Shown: positions 37,329 through 50,678 of the stretch, one piece after another
Position numbering within the stretch: the first letter of the stretch is position 1
Layout of the letters: the number at the start of each line of letters is the position of its first letter
The notes under the pieces: model-generated
Databases searched by the model: none
Seen by the model: the letters and a program-made list of their open reading frames with translations, nothing else
What the model was told of the DNA's origin: nothing
Program-made: the position numbers and the translations under genes
DNA from: Mobula hypostoma
Lineage: Eukaryota
Assembly (NCBI RefSeq): GCF_963921235.1
Contig: NC_086097.1
Span: forward strand, 231,820,001 to 231,884,000
Direction: 5' to 3'
DNA: 64,000 nucleotides

Positions 37329-39421
37329 TGTAAGCTACCAAGCGTGAGGTAGCACTTTCTTCAGTAACCAGCAGGAACTAGCTGGAACCATTTTAGTTCA
37401 TCAAGCAGAAGGGAGTTGGGCCTTTGGAACTTAGTCACTGCCATTATTTTGCATATAATATACGATCAGTTATTCATTAACGCAATGTGAAACCATTCAC
37501 ATTGTAAAATTATGACACCATCATCTCTCAGTGATTTCCTGAATATTAAAATAAAATTGAGTTTAGACTTAGAGGGAACAGGAAATACACAATCATTTTA
37601 ATTCCTTCACTTATACCACATTCAAAATAAGCAATGCTTTTGTCTTAGGTGATTTCTGTATTCCTTATTTCGAACTGATGTCTAAAAAAGTGTCTAATTT
37701 TAATTTCGTGTGTGTCCCTTCAATCTGACTAGCATCAAGGCGGCTTTTGAGCAGATATCCTTCAATGTTCCCTCAGATACGGAGAGAAAGCAAGCTTCTC
37801 AGGCAAGTTTTGTGTAGGTTCCTTTCAGGTGAAACAAAAGTGGTCATAAATTGTGCAACTGTGAGTGATTTGTTGGGGAGCAAAGTGCACAAGTCTAGAT
37901 GTGTTTACCACACTGGAATTATGATAAAAATGAACTTCGGACTGTACACAGTTCTAACATGAGCTGCGATTAATCCTAGGGGAAAAGAAATCAATGTTTT
38001 GAGTTATTTTATTACAGTTTCAGCTTAGTAAACATGATAAATATCTATTGTAAACTTAATTCCACTAACTGTTTGCCTTTGCTAATGACTTATTTTTTAA
38101 AATAGAAAGAAATATCAAGTAGGTATTGTTATAAACCAAAGACCGATAGTATGCATTGAGTTCTGGATCTGCCCTTGACCATTTGTTACTATGCAAATGT
38201 GCATCAGTCATCACTGTTGCAAAATTACTGCCAGTGAATGCCAGTGCCTGCATATCAGTTTGGGGTAATGCAAAATTCTAATAAAACGTTTTAGGTGCTT
38301 AAAAATGTGAGTAGTCCAAGGTTCCCTCATGCCTTTAATTTGTGTTACTCTTGCACTTCATTCACTCCAGCAGCTTTGCTTCTGTCTCTGGTCTATGGCA
38401 CATTCATACTGCTGGACAGCTGAGACATTTTAGAATTTTAACATTTCTCACAGTTCACAAATCAATACAAAAAAATGGGCAAGGAACGATAGGACAGTAA
38501 CATCACTCTCCTAGTGAAGCAATTTTAATTCACTTCAGTAGAGGAATGTTTAACTCCATTATAGAGGTGTACTCTCTGGTTAGCCCTTATTTCTCGGTAT
38601 GTCAGACATGCTTGGATTTTGCACATGTGCCAATTGTGCAGATTTGGGGAATGCCAGAATGATTAAAGGTAAATATGAAACTTTACTCATGGGTGTTTAG
38701 AGCTGCATTAAGGAGACAGGGTTGGGTCAGAGGTGTCCAATGATTATTACTTCTGGATCAGAAAGAAAGGAGATCTTCCAAAATGAAGCATAGAGAATCA
38801 CTCCATCCAGTTTACCACAACCCCCGCCCCCCAGATACCATATCCAATATCTGGAAATGATCAATATTGGGCTTCACTTCAGGGAAAGTGGTTTTTAATT
38901 CAAGCATTTTGGGAGAAAAAACAATTAAAGTAATTTCAGACAATTGACTTTTAATAATGGAGTTTCAGAAAATGATTCATCTTGCACAAGGGACTTGACA
39001 AAATGAGGGCGGCCCTGCCCAAGGAATGTTCCTTGAGAGGAATTCTCACTACCCATAAATGTTTGGAGATGGGAAGACTGAAGAAAATTTCCCTTATAAG
39101 GACTGGGTATTCCAAAGTGGAAAGGTCAATTGATTGTTTTGTAATGGTAGGGAATTCAATGTTATAATTGGTGGTCAGCTCAGGAGAAGACTGTTGACGT
39201 GACTTGTTCAGTCTCCCCCTGAGTGGGGAAACAAAAGTGCAATATCAATTATGGGCTGTCTCTGGGGAAGGGTTAGGTGACCATGGAAGGGCTGAACAAT
39301 GGAAGCAATTAGTGGTCAGGTGATGCAATTGAATTATGCAATGTGAGAGCAAGTATTTGAACCATTCAGTGTTAATATGGAGGACTTTCAGCAACTCATT
39401 CCCAACCAAAATCACCAATTC

Positions 39422-40382
39422 CACTGGACAACAAAGATTTTGCTTCTTGAATAATTTTGGGTGTATCTTATGGATTTTGGGCTGCTAATCATGAAAATCA
39501 CCATAAAATTTACCTACCAAACATAATTTTTTTTGAAATTGACTATATTTGTTACTTCAATTCACAATTTAAGTCAAATAAAATATTGCCCACAATTTAA
39601 GCTGGAAGTTTTCTATCTTGTCCAGGTATGCCTGGGCATGCTTAGGCACGGCAGATGCTGCATGGCAGGACAAGTTTTAGAAAGGCTATAAATTCCTGTG
39701 AAGGATTTTCATATTTGAGACAGATGTTACTCAGAATAAATGATACCAAGATTAAGGAAGAATTTTTGTTCATCCACAAATCAAACAGGTAATCAATAAC
39801 AAGCAATTCAAAGAACTTCTAGTGGGACCAGAGAAAATTGCATGGAAGACATTCAAGGATGTTGTTGAAAATTTTCTTGACAACTACAAAGCACCAAACT
39901 ATGTACAGCTGGCTGACAACATGCTGCAAACATACAAAAACGTGAAATGCAACATGTTGCCAAAGATTCATTTTCTGCATTTCCATTTAGATGTCTTCCC
40001 TGCAAACCTTGGTGCTGCCAGTGATGAGCATGGTGAAAGGTTTCACCAGGACATCGCAGTCTTGGAAAAACACGATCAGGGCAACTGGAATCGATTAATG
40101 CTGGCTTATTATTGTTGGACACTTAAGCAAGAAGCCTCAGACACTAAGTACAAATGAAAATCATCAGCAAACCATTTTTAGCCTAGCTGAACTATTGCAA
40201 AGCATCAGTACTGTTATGCAATTAAATGGATTAAATTCAATAAAAGTTAGTTTCTTGTTTCTCCAAATTCCTACATGATACAAGTAGTCTGAAATTGTGT
40301 TTCTCTTCAGCTTCAAGTGGTCCATCACAAACAAAAAAAAATACTGAGGAATCAACACTTCCAAAAAATTTGTTGTCCAGTG
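39422..40382 (+). mobile_element. Internally deleted Chapaev3-like (CMC superfamily) DNA transposon
   Basis: Perfect 14-bp TIRs CACTGGACAACAAA / TTTGTTGTCCAGTG. Transposase C-terminus ORF 39822-40157 with KIHFLHFHLDVFPANLGAASDEHGERFHQDI...MLAYYCW. Confidence 0.75.
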
Positions 40383-40864
40383 TACTCAGTTATTGCATAA
40401 ATCTCTGTGAAATTGAGTGTTATAGGTGGAAGAATCTAGAAAACTGGGAGGTTTGATGATTCAACTATGGTACTATATAGACTGGTGCACTTAAACTTCT
40501 TTTTTGTTATCACACCAATGTGAACTTGACAGTCAAGGGAAAGATGGAGAGTGAGGGAAACACTTTTAAATTCATGTGCTTGCATTCCCGGCAGACTTAA
40601 AGTCCATCCTGCATACATTCCAGTTTGACCTTCACAGTGTAAAAGAAATGCTCACTGAAAATACTCAGGGTTCAAGTATTTTAATTCATGTCAGTCCAAT
40701 TTTAAACACATTCCTTTGGCTGCCTGTTTGAATTGAATTAATAGTTGAACTGCATGAAATGATTATTTACAAAAGGTTATTCTTAAAAAAACACAGGCAG
40801 CTACATTCCTTGTCATATCATTACACTTCCACAAGTTATGACACATTAAGCTGATTTAAAGCCT

Positions 40865-41157
40865 TTAGCATCCAGCATTAAAGATCCTCACTATCCGGGA
40901 CATGCCCTCTTCACATTACCGCCAGGCAGGAGGTACATAAGAACCATACTCAAAGTTCTAGGAGCAGCTTCTTCCCCTCTGCCATCATATTAGTGACTAG
41001 TCCTTGCACCCAATGAACACTACTTGTAATTCACTTTTTGCAATATTTAAAAAATTTTGTAACTTACAGTAATTTTTTATGTCTTGCTCTGTACTACTGC
41101 TGCAAAGCAACAAATTTCACATGTCGTTGATAATAAATTCAATGCTGATGCTGATTC
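40865..41157 (+). mobile_element. Rex/Babar-type LINE 3' remnant
   Basis: ASSIKDPHYPGHALF...SSFFPSAI remnant and ataataaa...ctgattc tail. Confidence 0.6.
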
Positions 41158-41336
41158 AGTGTTGCTTTCGTGTGTTCGTTAAAGAATATATTTTCTGCTC
41201 CAAGTGGTCACTACAAAGTTGTTTGGAACTTAGGTGGTGGGAAAACTTTAACATTCATTGCCATAATACTGTGAAGCTGAGAACGACTTCAGAAATACGC
41301 AAATGAACAAGTAAGCATGAAAGTCTGGAATCTATT

Positions 41337-42360
41337 AGAACCATAGAATCATAGAACATTACAGCACAGAAACAGGCCTTTTGGCCCTTCTTGGCTGTGC
41401 CGAACCATCTTACTGCCTAGTCCCACTGACCTGCACCTGGACCATATTCCTCCATACACCTCTCATCCATGTACCTGTCCAAGTTTTTCTTAAATGTTAA
41501 AAGTGAGCCCGTATTTACCACCTCGTCTGGCAGCTCACCCCACACTCCCACCACTCTCTGTGTGAAGAAGCACCCCCCAATGTTCCCTTTAAACTTTTCC
41601 CCCCTCACCCTTAACCCATGTCCTCTGGTTTTTTTCTCCCCTTGCCTCAGTAGAAAAAGCCTTCTTGCATTCACTCTGTCTATACCCATCATAATTTTAT
41701 ATACTTCTATCAAATCTCCCCTCATTCTTCTACGCTCCAGGGAATAAAGTCCTAACCTATTCAACCTTTCTCTGTAACTCAGTTTCTCAAGTCCCGGCAA
41801 CATCCTTGTAAACCTTCTCTGCATTCCTTCAACCTTATTAATATCCCGCCTGTAATTTGGCGACCAAAACTGAACACAGTACTCCAGATTCGGCCTCACC
41901 AATGCCTTATACAACCTCACCATAACATTCCAGCTCTTATACTCAATACTTGATTAATAAAGGCCAATGTACCAAAAGCTCTCTTTACAACCCTATCTAC
42001 CTGTGATGCCATTTTTAGGGAATTTTGTATCTGTATTCCCAGATCCCTCTGTTCCACTGCACTCCTCAGTGCCCTACCATTTACCTTGTATGTTCTACCT
42101 TGGTTTGTCCTTCCAAAGTGCAATACCTCACACTTGTCTGTATTGAACTCCATCTGCCATTTTTCAGCCCATTTTTCCAGCTGGTCCAAATCCCTCTGCA
42201 GGCTTTGAAAACCTTCCTCACTGTCCACTACACCTCCAATCTTTGTATCATCAGCAAATTTGCTGATCCTATTTACCACATTATCATCCAGATCATTGAT
42301 ATAGATGACAAATAACAATGGACCCAGCACCGATCCCTGTGGCACACCATTAGTCACAGG
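41337..42360 (-). mobile_element. CR1 LINE, 5'-truncated
   Basis: ORFs 41917-42357 ([10 protein letters not shown]...FADDTKIGG) and 41417-41923, joined by one frameshift; (ccatagaa) tail. Confidence 0.92.
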
Positions 42361-43577
42361 TGTATTGTCTGAATCCCCTGTTCATTTACAAAATTGCAAT
42401 TTTTTTTAACAGCTTTCTCCTGCATAAACCTCTCACTCTAAAATGCTCACAAAATTTTAAGTGTGTTACGAGGTGTAAGATTTTATTGCATGCTTATATT
42501 TTCTTCTGATTTTGTCATGTCCTGAGGTAATTATTTCAGAATTGAAGGCAAAAGAGCTCAGAGCATTGAAATATAATACCAGAAAGCTGGACTGGAGAAG
42601 TATTTCTCTGAGCAGCATACAAAGACTACATTTCAAACTTTGCGGCTGCTCATGATAGGACAGACCTCTTACCCCAGGTATTAGCAGTTAAGGATCAGGA
42701 ACAGTTAGCTTCTATGATGGGAAAAGGGAGAGGGTCTTGGGACCAGTTCCCATGACGGAGTTGCTTACCTCAAGGAACTGGGGCTGATCCTGCTCACAGA
42801 TTGCTTTGAACAGACTGCACTGTTTTATCTATGTGGTCCGTCAGTCAGTGGAAATTCAGCAGCTGCCTTTCAAAACTGCAGCCCCGTGCCTGCAATACAG
42901 GCAATTGAGCGAGAGCCAAAATTGCTTTTTGTGACCTTTTGCACAATCCCAGCTGTGACCACGCTCTCCAGGTAAAACAGGGATCATTGCTTCCGAGGCT
43001 GAAAGTGGACCTCCATGCTTTCTGCTCCTTGCTAGGGACCTTGAGCTCCTACAACTTCCTGTGTGCTGTTAGAAGTTCCATTTTAAATCTGGACTTTTGT
43101 GATTAGCTTGCTCAGCAGATCTGAAGCTGAATTTGGGCCTCTGCCAAATGCTTGCCTCTACTGTCCCATCACCCAGTATCTGTTGCTTTCTGCTGGTTCT
43201 GAACTGCTTTCTGCCTCAGCATAAAATCTAAGAGCAATGCCCTTGTCTAAGACGGCGCCTAAGAGCCTGAAGTGCTTGCTGGGGGCACGAGCTGGAGGAC
43301 AGACTTCTACAAGATGTCTTTCCCTGCAGGAAATTTGCTCATTGCTGCTAGTCTTCCTGGCAACACATTCCAAGCATGCAGCACTCTCTGTGTAAAAATC
43401 TTGGCCCTCACATCTCTTTTAAACTTACCTTCCTCTCACCTTAGTGTTAAATGATTTGTCTGTGGGAAAAATATACCAGCTGCCTACTATATCTATGCTT
43501 GATATAATTTTATAAACTTATGTCAGTTCTCTCCTCAACCTCCACCGCTCCAAAGAAGGTAACCCAAGTTTTTCCAA

Positions 43578-43618
43578 TCTCAAAAAAACAAGAGATTCTG
43601 CAGGTGATGGAATTCCAG

Positions 43619-43649
<31 letters not shown>

Positions 43650-44095
43650 AGAATGCTGGAGGAACTCAGCAGGCCAGGCAGCATCTATGGAGAGGAATAA
43701 AGAGTCAACATTTCGGGTGACAACATTCATCAGGCCATGATCCCTAAAAAGCATCCTTGCTCCATAACTTTCCTCTCCTCACCTGTTCCTCCCAACAATT
43801 TCTCCACATTTTGTTTGGCTTTGCATTCCTCACCACTCGCTTCTCATCCCTTCTGTTTTCTCCACACCCCTACAGTATGGATCAGGCAGGATGTCGGCGG
43901 GCTAACCCAGAAACACGGGAAATATATACTCCTGTACAAGAAGTACATTAGGAGAGCAAGCAGTATATAGACACATATTATAAGAAAGGGTTCATCATCC
44001 TAATGAAGGGTCACGGGCCGAAACGTAGGCCATTTATTCCCCTCCATAGATGCTGCCTGATGTGCTGAGTTCACCAGAATTTTTTCTGCATTTGT
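43578..44095. mobile_element. Penelope-derived inverted pLTR pair with (AC)n, inside an old CR1 fragment
   Basis: Minus arm 43578-43734 and plus arm 43997-44092 (atagatgctgcctg...gagttc); (AC)13 at 43623-43649. Confidence 0.65.
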
Positions 44096-44216
44096 CCAAT
44101 CCCTTCTTATATCACATCCTGTCTAATCCAGCAACATCCTGGACAATCTCATCTGCACCCACTTCACAGCTTCCACATCCTTCCTATAATTTGGTGACCA
44201 GAATTAAATGCAATAC

Positions 44217-47155
44217 CATAAGACCATAAGACGAAAGAGCAGAAGTCGGCCCTTCGGCCCATCGAGTCTGCTCTGCCATTTTATCATGAGCTGATCCATT
44301 CTCCCATTTAGTCCCACTCCCCCGCCTTCTCATCATAACCTTTGATGCCCTGGCTACTCAGATACCTATCAATCTCTGCCTTAAATGCATCCAATGACTT
44401 GGCCTCCACTGCTGCCCATGGCAACAAATTCCATAGATTCACCACCCTCTGGCTAAAAAAATTTCTTCACATTTCTTTTGTGAATGGGTGCCCTTCAATC
44501 CTTAAGTCATGCCCTCTCGTACTAGACTCTCCCATCATGGGAAACAACTTTGCCACATCCACTCTGTCCAAGCCTTTCAACATTCGAAATGTTTCTACGA
44601 GATCTCCCCTCATTCTTCTAAACTCCAAGGAATACAGTCCAAGAGCGGACAAACGTTCCTCATATGTTAATCCTTTCATTCCCAGAATCATTCTAGTGAA
44701 TCTTCTCTGTACCCTCTCCAACGTCAGCACATCCTTTCTTAAATAAGGAGATCAAAACTGTCCACAGTACTCCAAGTGAGGTCTTACCAGGGCCTTATAG
44801 AGCCTCCCAACATCACATCCCTGCTCCTATACTCTACTCCTCTAGAAATGAATGCCAACATTGCATTCGCCTTCTTCACCACCGACTCAGCTTGGGGGTT
44901 AACCTTAAGGGTACCCTGCATGAGGACTCCCAAGTCCCGTTGCATCTCAGAACTTTGAATTCTCTCCCCATTTAAATAATAGTTGGCCTGTTTATTTCTT
45001 CTGCCAAAGTGCATAACCATACACTTTCCAACATTGTATTTCATTTGCCACTTCTCTGCCCACTCTTCCAATCTATCCAAGTCTCTCTGCAGACTCTCTG
45101 TTTTCTCAGCACTACCGGCCCCTCTGCCTATCTTTGTATCGTCAGCAAACTTAGCCACAAAGCCACCTATTCCATAATCCAAATTGTTGATGTACAATGT
45201 AAAAAGAAGCGGCCCCAACACAGACCCCTGTGGAACACCACTGGTAACCGGCAGCCAACCAGAATAGGATCCCTTTATTCCCACTCTCTGTTTCCTGCCA
45301 ATCAGCCAACGCTCTATCCACATATGTAACTTTCTCGTAATTCCATGGGCTCTTATGTTGTTAAGTAGCCTCGTGTGGCACCTTGTCAAAGGCCTTCTGA
45401 AAATCCAAATATACAACATCCACTGCATCTCCCTTGTCTAGCCTACTGGTAATTTCCTCAAAAAATTGTAATAGGTTTGTTAGGCAGGATTTTCCTTTAA
45501 GGAATCCGTGCTGAGTTCTGCCTATCTTGTCATATGCCTCCAGGTACTCTGTAACCTCATCCTTGACAATCGACTCCAACAACTTTCCAACCACCAATGT
45601 CAAGCTAACAGGTCTATAGTTTCCTTTTTTCTTCCTTGGCCCCTTCTTAAATTGCAGAGTGACGTTTGCAATCTTCCAGTCCTCCGGAACCATGCCAGAA
45701 TCTATCGACTTTTGAAAGATCATCGCTAATGTCTCCGCAATCTCCACAGCTACTTCCTTCAGAACACGAGGGTGCATTCCATCTGGTCCAGGAGATTTAT
45801 CTACCTTTAGACTATTGAGCTTCCTGAGTACTTTCTCAGTCGTAATTGTGACTGCGCACACTTCTCTTCCCTGCCACCCTTGAGTGTCCGGTATACTGCT
45901 GATGTCTTCCTCAGTGAAGACTGATGCAAAATGCTCGTTCAGTTCCTCTGCCATCTCCTTATCTCCCATTACAATTTCTCCAGCATTGTTTTCTATCGGT
46001 CCTATATCTACTATAACCTGTCTTTTACTCCTTATATACTTGAAAAAGCTTTTAGTATCCTCTTTGATATTGTTTGCTAGCTTCCTTTCATAGTTAATCT
46101 TTTCCGTCTTAGTGACCTTCTTAGTTTCCTTTTGTAAACTTTTAAAAACTTCCCAATCCTCTGTTTTCCCACTAATTTTTGCTTCCTTGTATGCCCTCTC
46201 CTTTGCTTTAACTTTGGCTTTGACTTCTCTTGTCAGCCACAGTTGCATCCTTTTTCCATTCGAAAATTTCTTCTTTTTTGGAATATACCTGTCTTGCACC
46301 TTCCTCACTTCTCGCATAAACTCCAGCCACTGCTGCTCTGCCGTCTTTCCCGCCAGTGTCCCTTTCCAGTCAACTTTGGCCAGTTCCTCTCTCATGCCAC
46401 TGTAATTTCCTTTACTCCACTGAAATACCGACACATCAGATTTCGGCTTCTCTTTTTCAAATTTCACAGTGAACTCAATCATGTTATGATCACTGCCTCC
46501 TAAGGGTTCCTTCACCTCAATCTCTCTAATCACCTCCGGTTCATTACACAATACCCAATCCAGTACAGCCGATCCCCTAGTGGGCTCAACAACAAGCCGT
46601 TCTAAAAAGCCATCTCGCAGACGTTCTATAAATTCTCTCTCTTGAGATCCAGTGCCGACCTGATTTTCCCAATCCACTCGCATGTTAAAATCCCCCACAA
46701 TTATCATAACACTGCCCTTCTGACAAGCCTTTTCTATTTCCGGTCGTAATTTGTAATCCACATCACTGCAGCTGTTTGGAGGCCTATAAATAACTGCCAT
46801 CAAGGTCCTTTTACCCCTGCTATTCCTTAGCTCAACCCATAAAGATTCTGTACCTTCCGATCCTATATCACCTCTTTCTAATGATTTAATATCATTTCTT
46901 ACCAATAAAGCCATGCCTCCCCCTCTGCCTACCTTCCTATCTTTCTGATACACTGTGTATCCTTGGACGTTCAGCTCCCAGAGACATGCATCCTTTAGCC
47001 AGGTCTCAGTGATGGCCACAATATCATACCTGCCAGTCTGTAGCTGTACAACAAGATCATCCACCTTATTCCTTATGCTGCGTGCATTTAAGTATAACAC
47101 CTTAAGACCAGTATTTGGTACTTTTCGCTTTGATTTCACTGCAACTTTATTGCAC
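44217..47155 (-). mobile_element. CR1 LINE with essentially complete ORF2 (APE endonuclease plus RT), few lesions
   Basis: 599-aa ORF 45361-47160 (YLNARSIRNK, ITETW, VGDFN, GSDHN, KSPGPDG, YRPVSL, LDFQKAFDKVPH), continued by ORFs 44784-45428 and 44467-44730; (tcttatgg)n tail; TGCAATAC repeats at 44209-44216 and 47156-47163. Confidence 0.95.
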
Positions 47156-47517
47156 TGCAATACACTAGATGTGGGTTAACCAGAGCTTCATAAAGTTGCA
47201 ACATAATGTCTTGAACTCAGTGCGTTAACTAATAAGGGCATAAAAGAAATATGAATCAGCTCCTTGAATCTGCTCCACTATCAAAGTTGCAGTTCCAGAA
47301 TTTCATTTCAACAGTCTTTGCTCATCCCTGTATTCCTTAATAATCTTAATGTTCAAAGATCAATGACTCAGCACTCACTACCTTTTGGGGTAATGAATTC
47401 CAAAGATTTATAATTGCCAGAATAAAGACATTTCTCCCCATCTTAGTTTGATTGGCCCTTTATGACTATACTCTGTGTGTCAACTCTCTTCAATACCTCT
47501 TAGATCACTTACCATTA

Positions 47518-49010
47518 AAGACTACAAGACAGAAGAACCTAATTAGGCCATTCAGCCCATTGAGACTGCTCCACCATTCCATCATGGCTGATTTATTATC
47601 CCTCTCAACCCCATTCACTTGACTTCTCCCCGTAATCCTTGACACCCTTACTAATCAAGAACCTATCAACCTCTGCTTTAAATATACCGAATGGCAGCCT
47701 CTACAGCCATCTGTGACAATAAATTCCACAGAATATTACCCTCTGGCTCAAGAAATTCCTCCTCATTTCCTTTCTAATGGGACATCCTTGTATTCTGAGG
47801 CTGTGCCCTTTGGTCGGAGACTCCCTACAATAGAAAACAACTTCTCCACATCCACTCTACCTAGGCCTTTCAATACTCAATAGGTTTCATTGAGATGCCC
47901 CCTCATTCTTCTAAACTACAGTGAGTACAGGCCCAGAGCCATCAAGCAGTCCTCATATGTTAATCCTTTTATTCTCTGATCTTCTCCAATGCTAGTATAT
48001 CTTTTCTTGGATAAGAAGCCCAAAACTGCTCACAACACTCCAATGCCTTATAACAGGGGTCCCCAACCTTTTTTACACCGTGGACCGGTTTAATATTGAC
48101 AATATTCTTGTGGACCGGCCGACTGGGGGTGGGGTGGGGTGGGTGTTAATCACGACTGGAATATAGGTGATAAGTCAACTGTAAGTCACTTATAAGTGGC
48201 TAGTACACTCTATTTTGTTTCTAAAAGGGTTTATCTAATGAATTTAATATTAAACACAGCGCATAGTTTCCTCACATGAATATTAATAAGTCAATAAAAA
48301 GTCAATAGCATCATAGCATTTTAAGTAACGTTTGGATATTAAACACACAGCGCATATTTTCCTCGTACGAACATATAAAATCATTGCAACACATCAATAT
48401 CCTGAATCAGTGGGAGCCCTGGGCTTGTTTTCCTGCAACAAGACAGTGCCATTGAGGGGTGATGGGAGACAGCGATACTCGAAGGGGGTTCCTTATGTCC
48501 AGTCTATTCCGCAATTTAGCTTTCATTGCATTCATTGCAGAAAACTCCGCTTGGCAGCGATATGATGTTGGAAATGGAAGCTACGTTTTCAGTGCTTTCG
48601 TGGCTATCTCAGGATATTCAGCCTTGACTTTGATCCAGAATGCCGGCAGAGATGTTATGTCAAACATACTTTTCAGCCCACCGTCATTTGCAAGCTCGAG
48701 GAGTTGATCTTCTTCCCGTGCTGACATGGATGATTCACCAGAGACATTCACAAATGGGTCACGGACCCACTCCTTTGCACGTCTTGGGTCACTGATGACC
48801 TTGTGTGTGTAATGACCTCCCGTGCATTCAAGTTCAACAGCGCGTGACAGAGATTGAGGAAAGGTGCAGCTGACTCATATCATTTCATATGGCCAAATTA
48901 TATCCTTTTCTCACGGCCTGGTTGCACATGCTTTGCGGCCTGGTACCGGCCTGCCGCCCAGTGGTTGGGGACCACTGCCTTATAAAGCCTCAGTGTTACA
49001 TCCTTGCTTC
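47518..49010 (-). mobile_element. CR1 3' fragment hosting a hAT insertion
   Basis: CR1 3'UTR and RT C-terminus; resumes after 48985 (aagcctcagtgttacatccttgct). Confidence 0.75.
48054..48977 (-). mobile_element. Non-autonomous hAT (Charlie/Buster-type) DNA transposon, 924 bp
   Basis: TIRs CAGGGGTCCCCAACC / GGTTGGGGACCACTG; 8-bp TSD CCTTATAA at 48046-48053 and 48978-48985. Minus strand encodes WVRDPFVN...DQLLELANDGGLKSMF...FWIKVKAEYPEIATKALK..LPFPTSY (hAT C-terminal dimerisation region). Confidence 0.9.
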
Positions 49011-49643
49011 TAAACTACAGTGATTCGAGGCCAATATATCACCCTCCCCTAACCTTCTGAATCAACATGCTTAAAAAGAGGTCAAAATACCTCAGGTGTG
49101 ATCTCATCAAAACTCAGTGCAATTACAAGACTTTCCTAATCTTGTAGTCAAGACTTGACTCAAAGAGTTACCCACCTCTCTAGCCTTTTTATATGATACC
49201 ATTCCCCACCACTGCATGATCTGTCTTGTAAAATATGTCTATGTTCTCCTAATTTACTTCTTGTACTCAAGCATTTCTTTTTTGGGTTTTCTGGTCCAGC
49301 ACACCAAGATCCTTTAAGATCCACATTGTTGGTGTGTTAGTGATGGCATCCAAGACAGAAGCGATGAGAAGCAAGTGGCAAAGAATGCAAAGCCAAGAAG
49401 AACGTGGAGGCCGTGTAGATTGAGCTGGGGAGAGTACAAGGATGTAAAGAGAGGTTGGTTTCAGGGACTGGTCTAAAAGGAGAAGGTGAGGGAAGACAGA
49501 AGCATTACATTTTCAGTGTGCTACTGTGCTTATAAGGTGATAGAGGAGCAAATATTGAAAGGGGTGTGGTGGGTCTGATAGGGGTGTTAGGTGCTGCTGA
49601 GAAGGCTGAAGAGGTGTAAACAAACTTGCTTCTCTGATTGTAG

Positions 49644-49738
49644 GCCCCAGTGGCACAATTGGTTAATGCACAGCACTTATCCAGCAGTGCAGGCAGTGAG
49701 CAATGCAAAGGATGCAAGTTCAAGCCCTACCTGGAGCA
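49644..49738 (+). pseudogene. Intron-containing tRNA-Ile(UAU) pseudogene
   Basis: GCCCCAGTGGCACAATTGGTTAATGCACAGCACT-TAT-C[intron ~49682-49702]ATGCAAAGGATGCAAGTTCAAGCCCTACCTGGAGCA is colinear with vertebrate tRNA-Ile-TAT (GCTCCAGTGGCGCAATCGGTTAGCGCGCGGTACTTATA...GAGCAATGCC...CCTGGAGCA, recalled); many changes are CpG-type transitions. Confidence 0.75.
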
Positions 49739-49749
49739 CAGTTTATTAG

Positions 49750-50275
49750 GACAGCGTGGTGGTGTAATGGTTAATGTAATACTTTATGGTGCTAGTGATT
49801 AGCAATTGGGGTCAATTCCCTCTGTTGTCCGTAAGGAGTTTGTACGTTCTCCCCGTGACTGTGTGGGTTTCCTCCGGGTGCTCCAGTTTCCTCCAACATT
49901 CCAAAGACGTACGAATTAGGGTTATGTGCAAATGTTGGTGCCCGAAGATTCCTCCCCTCTGCCATCCGATTTTCAAATGGACGTTGAGCCCATGAACACT
50001 AATTCACTCTTTTTTATTTCTGATTTTTTGCAGTACTTATTTTAACTTAACTATAGATGTATTTACATACTTAATGTAACTTGTTCTTTTTTCTGTATTT
50101 ATTTATCATGTATTTCATTGGACCGTTGCTGTAAAGTTAACAGATTTCATGATATGCGCTGTTGATGTTAAATCTGACTCTGAGAAGCACGCTCAGCACA
50201 TATTTGGACTGACGACATACATCAAAGTTGCTGGTGAACGTAGCAGGCCACTGTGTTGGTTGTTGACACAAGTGA
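49750..50275 (+). mobile_element. V-SINE interrupted by a Rex/Babar-type 3' end (~49950-50182)
   Basis: gggtttcctccgggtgctccagtttcctcc V-domain; ttcctcccctctgccatccgatt...aatctgactctga tail. Confidence 0.6.
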
Positions 50276-50678
50276 TACATTTCACTGTGTATCTTTATTC
50301 ACCCTTCAAAAGAAGTGACATAGGATCGGAAGATGTAGAATCCATGTGGATTGAGTTAAAAAAACTGCAAGGGTAAAAAGACCCTGCTGGGAGTTATATT
50401 CAGGCCTCCGAACAGTAGCCAGGATGGGACTACATAATACAGCAGGAAATATGCCAACTCATGTCAAAAGGTCAATGTTACGTTAGTCATGAGGGATTTC
50501 AATACGCAGGTACATTGGGAAAATCAGGTTCGTGCTGGATCCCAAGGGAGAGAATTTGTAGAATGCCTACAAGATGGCTTTTTACAACAGCTTATGGTTG
50601 AGCCCACTAAGAGAAAGGCTATTCTGGATTGGGTGTTGTGTAATGAACCTGATTTGATTTGGGAGCTTAAGGTAAAGG

